From positions 3,844,001 through 3,908,000 of the forward strand of contig OZ024751.1 in NCBI GenBank assembly GCA_964016885.1: a stretch of 64,000 bases of DNA. Direction: 5' to 3'. Positions 62,040 to 64,000 of this stretch are shown piece by piece (position 1 is the first letter of the stretch; every line of letters starts with the position of its first letter). Made by a program: the position numbers and the translations under genes. The notes beneath the pieces are model-generated. The model was not told the origin of the DNA. It searched no databases and saw nothing but the letters and a program-made list of their open reading frames with translations. The DNA is from Eledone cirrhosa (Eukaryota).

Positions 62040-62730
62040 AACTGTTAAATTGTGTTGTATCAAATACTACTTTAATATATGGTTAGTAATATTATGTAAT
62101 ATATTATTTTTGTATACAAGATTATTAAAATGTTATGTAATAAACTGTGTTATATAAAAGACTACTTTAATATGAGATCATTAATATTGTGTTGTATACA
62201 AAACTATTCCAATAGAAGGGTTTAAAATGTTGTGTAAGAAATTGTTTTTATATAAGACTACTTTTATATCAGGCCATTAATGTTATGTAAGAAATTGTGT
62301 TTGTATATAAGACTACCTTTATATAAGGCTGTTAATGTTGTGTAAGAAATTATGTTGTATACAAAACTACTAATATAATGGTGTGAATGTTATATAATAA
62401 ATTTTGTTTGTATACAAGACTACTTTTATATAAGGATGATAATTGTTTCTACGTTTGGCACAAGGCCAGTAATTACCCAGTGTATTATTGGTACTTTATT
62501 TTATAGACCCCGTAAGGATGAAAGGCAAAGTTAACCTAAATTATGTTTGTATACAAGACTACTTTTATATAAGGCTGGTAATGTTATTTAATATATTGTT
62601 TTGTATACAAGATTAGTTTTATATAATGGTGCTAATATTATTTAATATATCGTTTTGAATATAAGACTACTTTAATATAACAGTGCTAATATTATCTAAT
62701 ATATTGTTTTGTATATAAGACTGTCTTTTT
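62040..62730. repeat. AT-rich ~55-bp degenerate minisatellite (TTGTATACAAGACTACTTTTATATAAGG...)
   Basis: Recurrent motif, interrupted by a SINE fragment. Confidence 0.8.
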
Positions 62731-63285
62731 CTTATCATATGAGAAGAGAAACTGATTGTGAACTGGTAAAGAATAGAAATAGAGAAAAAAAGGTTAAGAA
62801 ACATTGGTCTAATCAGATATGTGAGGGATTAGTCTGTCACATCTTTAGAGAGTCTAGTTGGATATGTAAGGGGCAAGTCAGTCCTTCATATTGTGACTAA
62901 ACTATCTAGTCACATTGTTAGATAGTCCAGTCTTAAATATGAAGGAGTGTTGAGGCTAGTTAGAACTATGAAAGACTGACCAGTCACATCTTTAGCTAGG
63001 CTAGTCATAAGTATAACAACACTGACCAGGCTAGTAATATGACCAAGCTAGTCATAAATATGAAGACATTAACCTGTCTAGCCAATAAATATGAGGGGAT
63101 TGACCAGATTAGTGACAAGTATGTGGGAGTGAGATTTGTCAGAAGTACAAAGATGTGACCTTGCTATAAGATCACTGACCAGGTTAGTCATAAGTATGAG
63201 GTCACTGACCAGACTAGACTAGTCAGAACTCTGAAAGGAGTGACTGTTCCCCCTCACACACTCTGCAAGACTTAATGGAAATATT

Positions 63286-63495
63286 TCAAAATTCTTCATC
63301 AAGGAAGTCAGCCTCTGATAAATTACTTTCATCAAGGATTTCTTGTGATTCTTTCACTTGTAAACTCTTTATATGGAGAAGGTTTAGTCGAGTTAGGGTA
63401 CACTGTTCTGGGTAAATCCAAGGCCGATATAAGGGCTGGTTTTGTTCTTTCCAGGAAACATAGTTTTTGCAAGCTTGTTTCATCCTGTTCACCAC
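63286..63495 (-). CDS. Probable last coding exon of an unidentified host gene (69 aa, acidic C-terminus)
   Basis: Polypyrimidine tract plus TTTTCAAG acceptor, phase-0 frame VVNRMKQACKNYVSWKEQNQPLYRPWIYPEQ...EADFLDEEF*; non-repetitive, protein-like composition. Confidence 0.6.
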   Translation of the reverse strand: MVNRMKQACKNYVSWKEQNQPLYRPWIYPEQCTLTRLNLLHIKSLQVKESQEILDESNLSEADFLDEEF

Positions 63496-63571
63496 CTTGA
63501 AAATAAAAAATAAAGAAAGACAAAAGATTAAACGATTCAACTTCAATAATGTTTCAATGTTAACTGTTTAA

Positions 63572-63767
63572 CCCTTTAGCATTTAAACCAGCCGTATCTG
63601 ATCAGAATTTTCTCACCTCTTTCAGTTTAAACCAGCCATAACCGGCTGCTCATACTTATGTTAAGGTATTGTTCTCAAAATAAATAATATCAAAATGTCA
63701 TAAATTCAATATTATGTTTACCATGAAGATACAATGGTAAATATAGAGTAACATAAATGCTGAAGGA
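63572..63767. mobile_element. piggyBac-type MITE with TTAA TSD
   Basis: TTAA|CCCTTTAGCATTTA...TAAATGCTGAAGGA|TTAA; homologous to 39366-39586. Confidence 0.7.
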
Positions 63768-64000
63768 TTAAAAGATTCAACTTCAACAATGTTTCAAAGT
63801 TAACTATTTAAAATAGGTACAGTCTATACCTGTGTGTTGCAAGAAGTGACTAAATAGATTGGTATCAGGAAGGGCATCTGGCTGTACAACCAAGCCTCAA
63901 AAAGTCCTGTCCAACCCATGCCAACATGAAAAATTCAACGTGATGATGATGATGATGTTAGTTATATTTTAAGAAATGAATAAGAAATTCAAGACAGTCC

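Noticed and set aside
63534-63811. ~38-bp direct repeats around the MITE, resembling a long TSD
   Set aside because: More simply a pre-existing 40-bp tandem duplication with insertion at its internal TTAA.

Overview
Repeat-dominated eukaryotic (animal) genomic DNA. The microsatellite load and SINE types are suggestive of a cephalopod mollusc such as Octopus, which is an inference only. From 5' to 3': (i) a ~7.2 kb G-rich 43-bp satellite; (ii) Penelope-like element (PLE) fragments, SINEs, MITEs and a CCA-ended 3' half of tRNA-Trp; (iii) a ~25 kb head-to-tail array of six decayed Tx1-like (L1 group) non-LTR retrotransposons (14.5-39.2 kb), all on the + strand, with every internal junction in a (TATC)n tract; (iv) RTE, CRE and Naiad-like PLE fragments; (v) a cluster at 44.7-49 kb of long palindromes and PLE terminal repeats carrying type I hammerhead ribozyme motifs, including a tandem dimer with hammerheads on both strands; (vi) Helitron-like elements, a decayed RTE LINE, SINEs and minisatellites; (vii) one probable terminal coding exon of a host gene on the - strand (63.3-63.5 kb). 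No intact autonomous element or complete host gene is visible. Coordinates were read by eye and element boundaries are approximate.
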